55,315 nucleotides of DNA, taken from NCBI RefSeq assembly GCF_000711695.1, contig NW_013547016.1, positions 310,001 through 365,315 on the forward strand, in the 5' to 3' direction. Position 1 is the stretch's first letter; each line of letters opens with the position of its first letter. Below, piece after piece: positions 37,817-50,528 of this stretch. The translations under genes and the position numbers were made by a program. The DNA comes from Tilletiaria anomala UBC 951 (Eukaryota). Under the pieces are notes generated by a model, which was not told the DNA's origin, did not search any database, and worked only from the letters and a program-made list of their open reading frames with translations.

Positions 37817-40609
37817 ATGCTTTTGGTCGCTGGCCCCTCGCGGGCTGCGTGGCGCAGCGCCAGCGTTCTGCGATGTCAACACCAATCCGTCCCCGCCGGG
37901 CGCAGAAACAACTCCAGCAGCGACTCGAGCTTCCGTCACAAAGGACGAAGTATGGCGAGAGTATCGGTTGAGCTGGACACGAGCCGGATGTCACTGCCAA
38001 TGGCTGCTTATATAGCGCAACTGATGCGGGCTCCGTCGCGCACCTCGAGAGCGACCGATCGTTCAGTAAGTTGCAGTGGGCAAGTTCGTTCTTATGCTAC
38101 AGTAGCTCCTCCTTCGGGCACATCCTGTCGCAAGCGCTCAAAGTCCCCGCCAGCACCGTTGGAGAAATCCGCCTGGGAGGAACGCACGATCTCGGGCTCA
38201 GCATCGGCGTCTCTTGCCACAAGGTACGCCTCCAAAGACGACCCCTCTTTATCACAGTCTTCATCACGAACGCTCAAGCCGGATGATGGCTGTTGCGAGG
38301 AAGGCGTACCCGTTCCAAATGAACGAGGGGAGCGCGCCGCTAGCGATAGGAAACTGCGCGATGAAGCTGCCGCCACCGATCCAAGACCGTTTTACAAAAA
38401 ATATCCACCGCCTTCCAAAGCACCCGAGCCGATCATCTTTGACCAGCCGGCCATACCCAACCCTGGGAAGACAGCTGAAGCGCATCAGCGGTTCAAAAAG
38501 GGGATCCTTGTGGCTGGAGGTGCTGCCGCAGTCCTCTTACTTCTTGGAGTGGGCTTCTATGCGATGGGAGCATTCGAACACCTGCACCTCGAGGCTACGT
38601 CTGGCTTGCTCGAGAATAGCCAAGATGTGAACGTCGTCGCCTTACGAACGCAACGGCGCATTGCCGAACATGCGGTGGCATGTGGTAATGAGCTGGTGTT
38701 GGACAATGGGGCAGTTCATGGGCTTTCATTGTCGAGACAGGAAAGGGAAGCGCAAATCCGTGCCGAGCAGAAGCAAGCTGCACGAGGCAGTTATGCACTC
38801 TTGACGCTTCAGCGATCTTCTACCATTGCCAAAGCGGTCTTGCTATGTCTTTGGGACTATCGCAAGACGCTTAACAAGAAATGTGCGACCAAGCAGGAGG
38901 AGGTGGAGGGGCTGCGGCAATGCCATCTGCGAAGCGCGAAGAGGATCCTCCTGGCGCTGCAGAAAAACGGCGGTGTGTACGTCAAGCTAGGACAGCACGC
39001 CTCTTCCATCTTACTCTTGCCGATCGAGTGGACAGAGACATTGAAGCCATTGCAAGACCAGAACAAGCCCACGCCATTGCCTGAGCTGGAAGCAATGTTC
39101 AGAGAGGAGACAGGTATGAGCTTTGACGAGGCATTCAGCGAGATCGACGCAAACCCGATAGGTGTCGCCAGTCTGGCACAAGTGCATCGAGCGCGTGACA
39201 GAAAGACTGGCGTGCCTCTCGCAGTCAAGATGATGCATCCAGACGTCGAGCGCTTTTGCGAGGTAGATATCCGGGTGAGTCTTTCCTACGAAGGTTTCGA
39301 TAGCCTTCCTTTCCGCTGCTAAACTATTCTCCTCGATCTCTTCCAGACGGTGAACAATCTGACGGCCCTTGTCAAGCGGGTCTTTCCTCAATTCGAATTT
39401 AGTTGGCTCGCGGAAGAAATGGACGCTAACTTACCCCTGGAAATGGACTTTCGACACGAAGCCGAAAACTCGCGACGCGCAGCTGAAGACTTTAGCAGGT
39501 ATCGAAAGACTGCTGTATATCTCCCCAAAATCCCTTGGGCATACAAGCGAGTCGTGGCAATGGAGTTCATTGATGGGCGACGACCTGACGACTTGCAATA
39601 CCTTGCTGAACATAAGATCGACCGGAACCGCGTGAGCCAAGAACTGAGTAGGTGTTTCAACCAGATGTTATATATGCACGGCTTCTTCCACGCGGACCCA
39701 CATGGCGGCAACGTACTAATCCGCCCGGCACCAAAAGGCTCGCGCTCGCCTTACAACTTTGAAGTTGTCCTGCTCGACCATGGACTCTACTTTGACATCG
39801 ATCGAGAGTTGCGCATCAACTACGCGCGCTTTTGGCTCAGTCTCCTCAGTTCCAGCACACCAAAGGTCCAGGCCGAGCGACGAAAGTACGCAAAGCTCGT
39901 CGCCGACATCGACGATGACCTCTATCCGATCCTGGAATCTGCTGTCACTGGGCGCTCAGGCCTGGCAGGCAGCGACCCAAACAACCCGAATGGTGTGAAA
40001 GGGCGTCACCGCGCGAGCAGTCTCCTCGACATAGATGGCGGTGCTGAAATGACCGAGGAGGAGCAGGAGCACATCCGCAAGACTGTTCTCGAGAAGGAGG
40101 GCCTCTTTACTTCTGTACTTGAGCTCCTACGACGCGTGCCAAGGCGCATGCTAATGGTTCTAAAGCTCAACGACCTGACGCGCTCACTCGACGCAAGCCT
40201 GCATACGACACATGGACCAGTCCGGCCCTTCCTGATTGCTGCGCGCTACTGCGCCCTCAGCATTTGGGAAGACGACAAGGATCGACTCAGGCAGGAACGC
40301 GAGAAACATGGCTGGAGTTTCTCCTGGTTCTGCAAGTATCTTTCCTGCTGGTACAACTACACAGTGAGTAGGTCACATCCCGTTCGTCGAGCGATGAATC
40401 TGATGCTGCACGCTTGGTCTTGCTTCCAGTACTTTTACCGCGGCTTCGGACTGCTGGAGGCCATCTCCGACATTACGTCTCTCACCCGCAAGGAAACGTT
40501 GTACACCAAGCCCCTCTTAACTGGTGTATCCCACAATGCCTCCAAAGCTGCTAGCTGCGTTGAAGCGCAGGAAGCGACGAAGGAAAAACAAGACCGTGAT
40601 CGTGTTTGA
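37817..40609 (+). CDS. ABC1/UbiB atypical kinase (ADCK1/Mcp2-like), probably mitochondrial. Introns 39275-39346 and 40364-40429
   Basis: KNGGVYVKLGQH (KxGQ motif), IGVASLAQVH, AVKMMHP, EMDFRHEA, FFHADPHGGN and LLDHGLY. The N-terminus is Arg/Ser-rich and presequence-like. Confidence 0.93.
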
Positions 40610-40708
40610 GTGCAAAAGGCGCATTAGAGAAAAATGCCCACAGTACGAACATGTAGATATACCTCATCGATTAGTGCCTGTTAATGCTGTTTAAAAGTGC
40701 ATTAGACT

Positions 40709-41684
40709 TCAAGGGAAGGTGACATATACCCCGAAGCTCGAGTCCGGTATCCCGAACCATATCCCTCTTTGATCATGTTTTGATGACTTCCGGAACCAGC
40801 CTTTCTCGCCTAGGCCTCCTTTCTTCATGAGGCCAAGCTTGGTCGTGGTTCGTTTTGCAACATCCTCTATAATCCCGACCGCTGCTGAAGCCGTTGGATG
40901 CATGGCCATGCTCCCGTTCCTACGCCGTGGGACTGGCTGAAAGAAGCCCTTGAAGCCTCGACCCTTCGGACCAAATGTGAGCCAGCAATTACAAACTTGC
41001 TCTTCGCTTCGACGGTCCGAGGGATATGATTCGGAAGCTGCTGGATCGGGATTTGATTCTTCCGATTGAAACAAGAGCGGCTCGGCTACAGAAGTGGAAC
41101 CAAGCGCAGGTTCCGATGGTGAGGTTGTGTCGTATTTGTGGCTTCCGCTAGCTTTACCATCTACGCGAGCATTGGCCCATAGCTTCTGGAGCCAACCACT
41201 GCTCTCTTCCTTGAACAATCCTTTACCAATAGCCGTTTTCATCGCACCTGGCACATCTTTCTCAAAATCTCGTGTGACAGCCGCAGAGCGAAGGGATTTG
41301 GTTATCGTCCCTATACCCGTGGCTGCAGCGCCTGCAGCTGAAGCATCAGACGAGGTAAGGCCTGCGGCTGCAGTGTCCCAGTAACACGTCGAAAAGAATA
41401 AGCCCACAAGGATAGCTGCACAATAGATGCTACAAGGAACGAGCGCGGAAAGTTAGCCGGGAAGATCAGCAGGCGAGGTGCAGAGACATGCTACTCACCA
41501 AGGCCTGGTTTGATAGCCATATGCGGTCAAGAAGAAGACGAGTACAACAGGCGGGGCTGATGGGAATGGAAGGAGAAAGATCGGTACCCACCACCGCTAT
41601 ACAGGAGAGAAGTGCATCTTGATACAATCAGAACAGCACTCACACTGCGCACGCAAGAGAAGAAAGACTCACGAGACAGTACAT
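40709..41684 (-). CDS. BLCAP/BC10-family membrane protein with a long C-terminal extension. Exons 41684-41673, 41596-41499, 41429-40709
   Basis: Splicing two canonical GTGAGT..TAG introns gives MYCLRWWVPIFLLPFPSAPPVVLVFFLTAYGYQTRPCIYCAAILVGLFFSTCYWD, which matches the BLCAP pattern MYCLQWLLPVLLIP...KPCTICALVFL. Exon phases are consistent (12, 98 and 721 nt). Confidence 0.82.
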
Positions 41685-42165
41685 CGTGAAAGAAAACGCG
41701 AGGCGTTGGTGGGTGCAAATTGTTTCTCCTGTGCCCCAACCGAGCGTCAAATCATGGAGGTGTGACCCCCGTTTTCGCCCTCGGCACTCATCCCTGATTT
41801 TGTTAAGACAAAACTGCGATGGTGAAGCTCGCTGCGAGGTCACAAGAGCAACGAACACGCATTTGATGATTGTCGGAGTCCTGGTTTAGATCCAATCTAA
41901 GCTTTATTCAAATTTCGACTATAGAAAAGAAAGAATAGTTTACCTTTTTTTCCCATGCTGGTTCACTTCATCCTCGTCATCAGACCCAACACTTTCCTAA
42001 CGTCAAATCGCCAAACCCTGTCTCATAATGGGGTTCGTCGTTTGTATCTCATCAATTGGACCTCGCCGGGGCGTCATTTCGGTTTTACGGAACAGCAGCT
42101 GTGCTCGGCATCATGCCAACTTGGCACAATCATTTTTCTCATCTTGACTCATGGAGGTTGGCAGC

Positions 42166-43514
42166 TTAAGGGAACCTGCCTGAGCAGCAGTTGAGTGATT
42201 TGGAAGTATGATCAAGTCCGCTAAGCGAATAGCAGCGCGGAAAGCCTACTTCTAGGTGAGCTTCTTCCTCAGTATTTTTGCTGAGTTCTCCATGGTCTAT
42301 ACGTTCTTGACATGTGCTAATGAGACCAGTCGCGTAGAGATGACGAAAGGTTGGGTGAATGTTCGGCCCAACGACTCGGGGCGCAAGCTCATCATTCGAG
42401 AGGATGCGGGGCATGCTGGCGGGGCCTTGCGATGCAATTTGAAATGCTTGGGCTTTCATCTTTAGTATCTGTTTAGCAGAGACCAAGCTATGCCAATACA
42501 AACAGTGCTGAGTGGCTCCACGCGGTCCAGCGGCGAAGAAATCGCTGCGCCCAAGGCAGGAACATATGTGACATCATCGGAAAATTGCGAGCCATGAGTC
42601 GGCGTGTGCGACATTGCTACTCACGGAAATGCGAAATAGGTCTCCGGATTAGGCACAGCGACTGATCTACCTTTGCTGGTCTCCTCCTTGGTGAAGTACG
42701 CCTTCAGGCCAGCAACGACATGCTTCGCTTTACGGCTGATCTGCTCGTTTAGCTCGAGTAGATTTTGTGCTACCCGCCGTGCAAACTTTGCTGACAGCGG
42801 CTGTTCGTAATATTGCGCAAGGCGTTTCGGGTTGAGCGTGAAGCGCAAGGAGCAGGAGCAGTTCAGCTCTTCGCTCGCTTCGTTCACAGCGTCGTTGTCG
42901 TCGTCTATAGCATCTACTTGCGTCGAGCGCAGCGCGTCGAGGTGCGCGAAGTAGCGCGCGAGAGCGGAGCTAGTGAAAAACTGCAGGGTGTCGAGGCGAA
43001 GAGAGGCGTTGACTGATGTGGGCGATGTGTAGGTGATGCCCTCTAAAACGGACAGAGCCTTGTTGCAAAGGAGAAGGTTGTTGTTTGGAAAGAGAACCAA
43101 GATAAGCAGATTACCCTTTTCTCGAGCTCTTCGTACCGGCCGGCCGGCCACTTACAGGACTTCGAGCTGAGCCTCGATTGATGGACTACTGCTCAAGTCA
43201 CCAGCCTGCTGGATTCTACTCCACTGCACCACCTTAACAGGCCATCTAACTTTTCCTCCGATTTGGCTGGAGAGATCGAGCAACGCATGCGCCGGCGTCT
43301 CGCGAGTCCATTCTGTGATTTTTGCGCAATCAGTGCTGGTGCCGCTGCACGCCTCGGCCTTGGCCTCTGCCTTGTCGACGTATGTCGGTCGTTCGGCAGG
43401 AACGAGCGCGGTGCAAAGAGGTAGGATGTCATTCAAGTCCTCTGTCACGTCGCATCGCTCTACATCCGGCTGTGTACCATCCTGTGGGTCTAGTGTTAAG
43501 CAGCTCCTTGACAT
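42166..43514 (-). other. Hypothetical multi-exon gene or pseudogene of unknown family
   Basis: Consecutive minus-strand ORFs (43514-43152, 43151-42621, 42501-42166). The first two end at GTAAGT/GTGAGT donor sites. No motif recognised. Confidence 0.4.
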
Positions 43515-46500
43515 GCGCTCGATAGCCTTGAGCAGCCGTGCCGTTTACGCGAACAGAGGGCTTAGGTCGACGCGCGCGCGCAGGGCACACTGTGCGGAAG
43601 ATAGGGTGCTCATCATGCGTAAAGGCAGTGTGCGCATACCCCATTGGTGAGTGTGGACGTAGAGCTCGCGGTGTGAGTAGTGGCTGCGGACGGTTCCCTT
43701 TGCCTTGTACACCGAAACGGTGGCGCCACAAGCGCGAAGGTGTGGATGCTAGCCGTGCTGGGAACTGCAAAATGGTCAGGTGCAAGTAGAGCAAGAAACG
43801 AAGCGGCTTGGAGATGTGCGCAAGTGTTGGAAAGGTGGGTGACCGATCAAGCGGTCCAAGCTGCATGTGGATGAATGCGCATCTTCCTCATTTCTCGCTT
43901 CCTAACGTTAGGATGGTCTGAACTTCGGACCAGGGCTGTATATCGTATGGTGAACTAGTGGTTGTGGGCTGCAACTCGTTCGATCTTCGGATTTCTGCTC
44001 AAATCTCAGACCCTCCGGAAGTTATGTGCTGCAACTGCCCACCGTCGTTGAGTTCTCCTGTCTGCCGCCCTTTCTTCAGTTCAGCACATACGCAAATGGG
44101 TTGGGAACCTTTGGTTTTTACGCTTTTATCCACATTGGCCTTACATGACTCCAGGTCGCCGAGTACTGAAGAGACTCAAAACCCTTGCTACTCGTCCAGC
44201 TCCACGGCAGGCAAGCACATATTTGTAATGCCCACGCAAAAGCAAATATGATTGCATCATCGCACTCACGCATCTTCGCACCATCAGCCCTATCTTATGT
44301 ATTCAATCATCTAGCAGCTTCAACTTGCAGCCTGATTGGTAGCACCTTGTGACCCACGGAAGCATATGCAAGTACTGCACGGTATTTTTTTAGACGCTGC
44401 CACTGCTTCCGAACTTACAAGGGTGGTGCTGCCCTCCTTGGAAGCTATGTCACTCTCAAGGGCTACCGTCCATGCTTCAACCAGGCTATGGCGTGTGATA
44501 TCTGCAAACATGTAACTCATGCTTTTTATCACACTCGCAAAACGGTTGGTGACTTTACACCAACATTAGAAAATGAAATGAGCACCCAGCATAGTACACA
44601 GCCCATGCGAGGAACCCCTAATATAAAGCAGCGCATGGGCCGACATTCTCTTCGGCAAGAGCAAGCGCCTTCCCCGTGAGAGAGGACTGCGAGCAGCTTC
44701 TGCAGTCGTAGCCAAAGATACTTGAAGCAACTCTATCATCGGGGCTCTTCACAAAGTTGGACTGCAGCAGCAGCATTGCCAGCGCATGCGATGTGAACGT
44801 CGTGCTGACCATCGAAGTCTGCGTGTTAACAGCCTGTGACACTGAGTCAGTTGGCAGCGTTACGGAATATAAGCCCTCCGTTGGTCGCTGCAGGAATTGA
44901 CTGGATGAAGCCTGTCCACTTGGACAAACTCGTGAGGGAAAACGCTGGTCCATGTGACCGTAGCCAAGATTGTGATGACTGTCGTAGTAGTCAGTGTTGA
45001 AGCGAATGCAAAGTCAACGATGGTGCACAGCAGGCTAGTGATCTCTTCATGTCTTTGTCACGATCGGCTAACAAACTGATGCTCGCGTCCTTGCCACCGT
45101 GCAGTTCCGAATGCACCTCGCTTGGACGAGTTAAGTTCATGCGAAGAAGTAATGATGGGTAAGGCCGTCGATAGTGTTGGGCCGGGAGGCGCCCCCTGCC
45201 ATTTCCGTCAACCCCTTGACAGCTGGGAATGTGAACCAATGTGCACCAACCACCAATGCGCACCTTGTATTTGTCGCCTGACACCTCAGCCGTGTAACAA
45301 TAAGAATCAGGTTGGAAGTCGCGATATGCAGATATTCAATAGCCAAGCGTTCTACACTGATGATGGGTGCCTCTCGGAAAGCTTCCAGGCGTCCATCTGC
45401 CAGGCTCTGATGCACGCCATCCCTCGGCACAGCTGCAAGCTCGCCCATTTGTCAAGCTCCGTTACTACTCAGCATCTCGGCTTGATGGACGGTGCATTCT
45501 ACTTCCAACTGGAGCCGACGCAGCCTTACTTAACTTTCAACGCTCACTACCGTCACATTGGCCACTGCGGCAGCGTTGGTGCTGCCAGGAACATTGGTTC
45601 TTTGTCCGAGGAGGCCTTGACCTGGAACCAATTAAGGCCAAACTTCGAAGCACTCTGACACGTCTCTTGCATGTCCTCTCGCGCGCTTGCTCGCTCGCTG
45701 CCTCCGGCCTCTTTCCCAAGGCAATTGCGATATACTGGACCTGCAATTCGGCTTCTAGCTCTGAAAGCATGCCATCCTACAAGAAGGCATTACGTGGGGT
45801 TAGGTCCGCCTGTCCAATAGCCTGTGCTTGCTCGCGACGCTCGGGATATAGAACCTCAGGTAGGACTCAGCGGCCGCCGTTGAGCTAACTTTTGGCCCCC
45901 TTCATACTATCCCACCTTGACGGCTTCTTGCCCAATGTCCAGGTGCATGTCCCTGGCTTCCTTGCCTCTAGACCTCATGCAGTCTGCCCCTCATTTCAGC
46001 GTTACGTTGATAAGCACATTCGCTCCATAATGCAGCGTCGTCAACCTCTGCGACGTTTCCAGGGGCATAGGTGCGAGCTGCCCTCCAGCGGCGTCTATTA
46101 CTGTATGCGCGCCCTCTACATTACTGTCGCCTTCTGTAGAGTCCCTGGCTTCATCGATCTGGCAAAAAAATGCCACAGTGAGAGCTTCCAGTTGGGGATG
46201 AACAGTAGCTATACCAGCTAGGATAATGTTAAATATGAATTGTGGATGCAAGCAAGTCTCAGATGAGACTTGCAGCAACATGCGACATGGTTCCGTTTTA
46301 GCAGAACTAACGCCTGCAGCCTGTCGGCTCCTGTTGGCTCCCCACTGAACGACGTCTGGTTGCTTTCTTATTGGCCCCTCATCTCAATCGCTTGATCCAT
46401 CGGCCGCGTTGAGAGTTTCACTACTTTCCTCAAATGAGCCGCATTTCGCTCACGCTCATTCTGGCGAGGCTCGGTTTGCTGGCATCTCTTCTCGCTCCAG

Positions 46501-47619
46501 CGCTCTCGTTGGGACTGGTGGACCGGTACGCTCGAGCACTTGGAAAAGATCATGTCACGCACTACATATCCTCTAGCTTTGGAACGCTGGCGAGCGTCTC
46601 AGCCGATCTTTGTTACAGATGAAGCCAGCCAAAGACTCTGTGCAGTACCAGTCGACTTCCTGCTCCGCTCTTCTGCGCCGCCATGCGAGTTTCTTAGCCG
46701 CATCGTAGAAATGTGCGTTGCAGAGGAGGGAAGTTTGTTCGATCGGCATGGCAATAGCTTGCTTCAATCATCTCAGCTGTCTGAAGGCCCCCTGCTTTGG
46801 AAGCGTCAAGGTCAGACAATCGCACGCGCAGCATACGAGCGAGCTAGCATTCTGACCGCAATTTTTTGTACCAGACGGATCAAATCAAGCCTGCACTTTC
46901 AAGAGGGGCCCCCGCTTCAAATATGCTAGAAGAGCTCCTGTTGAAGGGGAAGATTCAAGCACGATGAGCAACTCAAAGCGCTCTTCCCAGAATCAAGCAA
47001 GTGCACTTTGATCCCTAGCTGTGTTTCTGCGAGAGATCCTGATACCATCTCGCTTGCCAATAGAACGCCTTCAGAGAATCCCTCCTCGTTCGAGACGGTT
47101 CTTGTCTACTTACCGATCGACGGTACACTACCTGCACAGCCGCGCACATTCTTCCGCAAAGCCGTCCCGAGGTTCGTACTTTCCCACGATTTAGCGCTTT
47201 CATATACGCTTGATGTCTCACCCTGTTGTGTTCTCAGTATTATGAAGAGGTGATGGGATACGATCCGGGCTATTTATTTTTGCCTCAGTATGGCTTTCTT
47301 GTCTCGGACGAGCTGCACCACGCATTCGATCGAGGGGAGTGGGCCTTCTGGCCAGAGGTATGTTGGATCGTCAACGAGGTTCAATGAGCAGGGTCACTGA
47401 TCCCTCATCATTGCTCGTCCGAAGGGCGAGAATCTAGTGGTACATTTCCTTTACCCCCAAAATGAATCGTTGCGGCCCCTTCACGGCAAGGTCATCCCGC
47501 CAGAACGTTTTCGCGGTGAAGCTGCTGAGCATCCACGTCGAGACTTGCTGCTTTTCCACTATCAACAATGCGTACACAAGTATTTCCGAGGATTTTCCGC
47601 CGATTTGTCCGGGGATTGA
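46501..47619 (+). CDS. HNH_2-type endonuclease domain protein, copy A; start uncertain. Introns 46811-46874, 46997-47063 (GC-AG), 47172-47237, 47358-47424
   Basis: The spliced product reads ..CTFKRGPRFKY..STMSNSKRSSQNQNAFRESLLVRDGSCLLTD..CTAAHILPQSRPEYYEEV..YGFLVSDELHHAFDRGEWAF..HPRRDLLLFHYQQC. It is collinear with copy B and has no stop after splicing. Confidence 0.78.
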
Positions 47620-49733
47620 AGAAGCCCGAAACGCAGCGGTATCTTCAAAGGTTTACTCGGATGCAGATGCAAGTGTGGGTCATCGGATCGTTCGCTACGC
47701 CCTCATCCTTCTCAATTTCAAGCTTGTTCCAAGATTGATTATCTACAATCGGCCGCCATCGTTGAAAATAAGCCAAAGAAATGCATTCCACGCCATCGCA
47801 AAGATCCCCTTATCTTTATTGTCGATGCACGCTGGAAGGTGTCGTGCTGGATGAGCACTAGGTCCTAGCATCACGCCAGTCGAGCGTGTCAGAGTCACAT
47901 GGGGCTGTTGCCGCGTGGCCAGAACTTGAAACTTGGGCCATACCTGCCAGAAGCGGTGCATACCCTGCCCACGCAAGTCGATCGTGCTTGCAACCAGCTG
48001 GAACATGGTAAAGCGCTCGCTGAAGCGAAAGGGGCGACAGAAACGTAGATTAACCTCCTCATGTATTCCAAAGGCAGTGACGAGGTGCGCGTGCTTCGCG
48101 AGAACGCGACGGTCACAATGACGAGGTCGCATGTATTCTAATGAAGGCGAGAGTAAGGTCTATGCGCGTGAGTGGTGATCCTACATGCAATCAGACACGG
48201 ATGGGATGCACTGATATTGAGAATACATGAAGAGCATGGAGAAAATATGTCCGACCATTGACCTGCTTTGATAACCATGTCGTTACATCACTCGGGTGAA
48301 ATTGAGATGGTGTTTTCTTAGCTTGGCGATCGTCTGCAACTCAATGCTCAACAGTACCAAGGCGCTCCGTCAGTCACCAGGCATCAAGCAACAGACATCA
48401 TACAGCAGGTTTCACTCAGAAGTGACTATTTTCGCCTGACCTCGCATGTCGCGCACATTTCATGACTTGGATGGGAGAGGTGTAATCAGAGCCATGGGTG
48501 CCAGCAACAATACTTCAGCAAATTTGGGTTGGCATCAAGAAAGGGCGTACAGGCTCATAAGTAGCAGGGAACCAATAGAGAGCTCAACTAGAAACTACGA
48601 TGCAGAATCTGCTGAGGTGCAGGACAATCCTCCGACATGAAGTATACAGATCGACTGAACCATTTAATTTGACCAGATTTGATAGTCACTGCGTACCCGA
48701 GCATGAAAGAAGTGCTTAATCTCGGGGTTACACTCTAAGTTCGTGGAATGCCTTGACGGCATCTGAAGCACTGACTTGGACTTTTGGGCTCTAAGAACAT
48801 TCAAGCATCAGGAAGACCGTCAGCTTCCCCTCGGAAGCCTATCCACTCTTAGTCCATCGGTCCGCCCACAGCAAGTGCTACTCCGTTATAATCTCATTCC
48901 ATATCTCAAAGTGATTTCCTCGTCTTCGGGTCTGTCTTGTGAATTGCGTTGAGAGCTTGGCATGTACTGTACATCGACTGAATTTCTACGAAATGCATTG
49001 TGTGCATATGATTTCATCAATTAAACAACCTCGTGCCTACTGCTCAGCGCTGCACATGAACGTATGTATTTGTACACTTCCCATGATCGATCCAAGAACC
49101 CTTAGTGTTCAATCAATCAGTGCAGTTGCTATATCAAAAGGATTGCAGCTCGATGCAGACCATCTACTGTTAACATTATATATACAGCTGCGATTTGTAA
49201 AACCTCCCAACAATCTTGAATCTTCCCTTGTTTTTCATGTCCAATTCTGGGATGCTGAACCTTCAGTCTGCCTTAAAAGGGTATGGAAAAGTTATCCCTT
49301 AGGGAAGCACGCTGGGCATAAAGCCAGTCCAGCTGCCCCTTGGTCGACGAGACTTTACTGAAGTTCACGCTCCCCACTGAGGACGAGCGCCTCTTCCTCC
49401 GTTCCCGCTTCGATAGGTGATGAAGCATTCGAGGTCAGCTGCATAAAACAAGTGGTCCGTGGTCAGGCAATTTTGCTTCTGCTTCTGGAGTCGAAAATAC
49501 CTGGAGACGGCCTATATCCGCCAACAACCGCCAGGCAGCAGAGACCACTCCGTGCAGCAACAACCACCAGGTTCAATAATACAGATACGCTAAGCAGTAT
49601 GGCGACAAGGTCACGCAGGTCGTTGTTCACCGTGTCACCCTGCCGGGCTATGCTGGCGCTGGGACGTGAGTGGCCGAGGTGATGCATGGACAGCGGGCGT
49701 GCCCGTGGATGTTAGGCCAACGTAGTCCAAAAG

Positions 49734-50327
49734 GTGCAATACAATGCAATTATCAGGATCAAGCATTTCTTTGCTGAATCGCTGTTAAGGCGTACACCAC
49801 ACTACAGTCCGCATGCGTCTCCAAATACGGCCGCCAGTTGCCGAGTTCGCGAGCACAGAATCGGGATGCTCTATGCGATAGGAAGACAGCGAATGGAAAG
49901 ACAGGTTACAGAGTGCGCCTGCGATGCTACAGCTGTTGATCTTCTTGACCGATGGGTGAAACAGTGGAGCTTGCCCAGACCGTGTCTATTCCAAGCCCCA
50001 ATAGAGGCGACTGCATTTGATCGCAAAAAGCCCCTGGCTTTGGGCCAACTGCTGCCGCCCGACGAGATAATTGAGCAGACTCGGCGCTATCGGCACTTCT
50101 TTGAGAGGAGCTGTGCGGGTCTGACGAAAGACCTGAGACTCCATCGGTTGCCATTGCCCATTGCTTTCTATACGATATATGGACGCTTCACTCAACGAGC
50201 GCACCCTTGCTCATCGATCGGGCTGGGCTTTCTTTGGGAAGACTGCCGAACAGGAAACAAACATTGTCGATCAGTCATAGCCATAGGCGTTGACAGCGCT
50301 CTGAAACCCACAGTTCGTCCCTGCTAG
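49734..50327 (+). mobile_element. Possible degenerate KDZ (Kyakuja-Dileera-Zisupton)/CxC1-type transposase fragment
   Basis: VTECACDATAVDLL..LFQAPIEATAF resembles the CxC1 pattern (CxC..A..LL..LFP..P..TAF). The later VIAIGVDSALK resembles the first catalytic-Asp strand. This is pattern recall only, and no termini were found. Confidence 0.3.
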
Positions 50328-50528
50328 CTAGCCGCTCTTAGCGTCGGCGCTCACCTTCAACGATACCTGGGCCATGTGCTGAGCGCATGACATTAACAGA
50401 GAATGTGCTGGGCAACCGCGTGCGCGATGGGACGGACATTTCCTTGCGTAAGTCGCTTGTCGATATGCAACCGAGTTGTATGCAAGTAAGGGACGCAAGA
50501 AAGGAAATACGCGCCGCTCTCAATTCCT

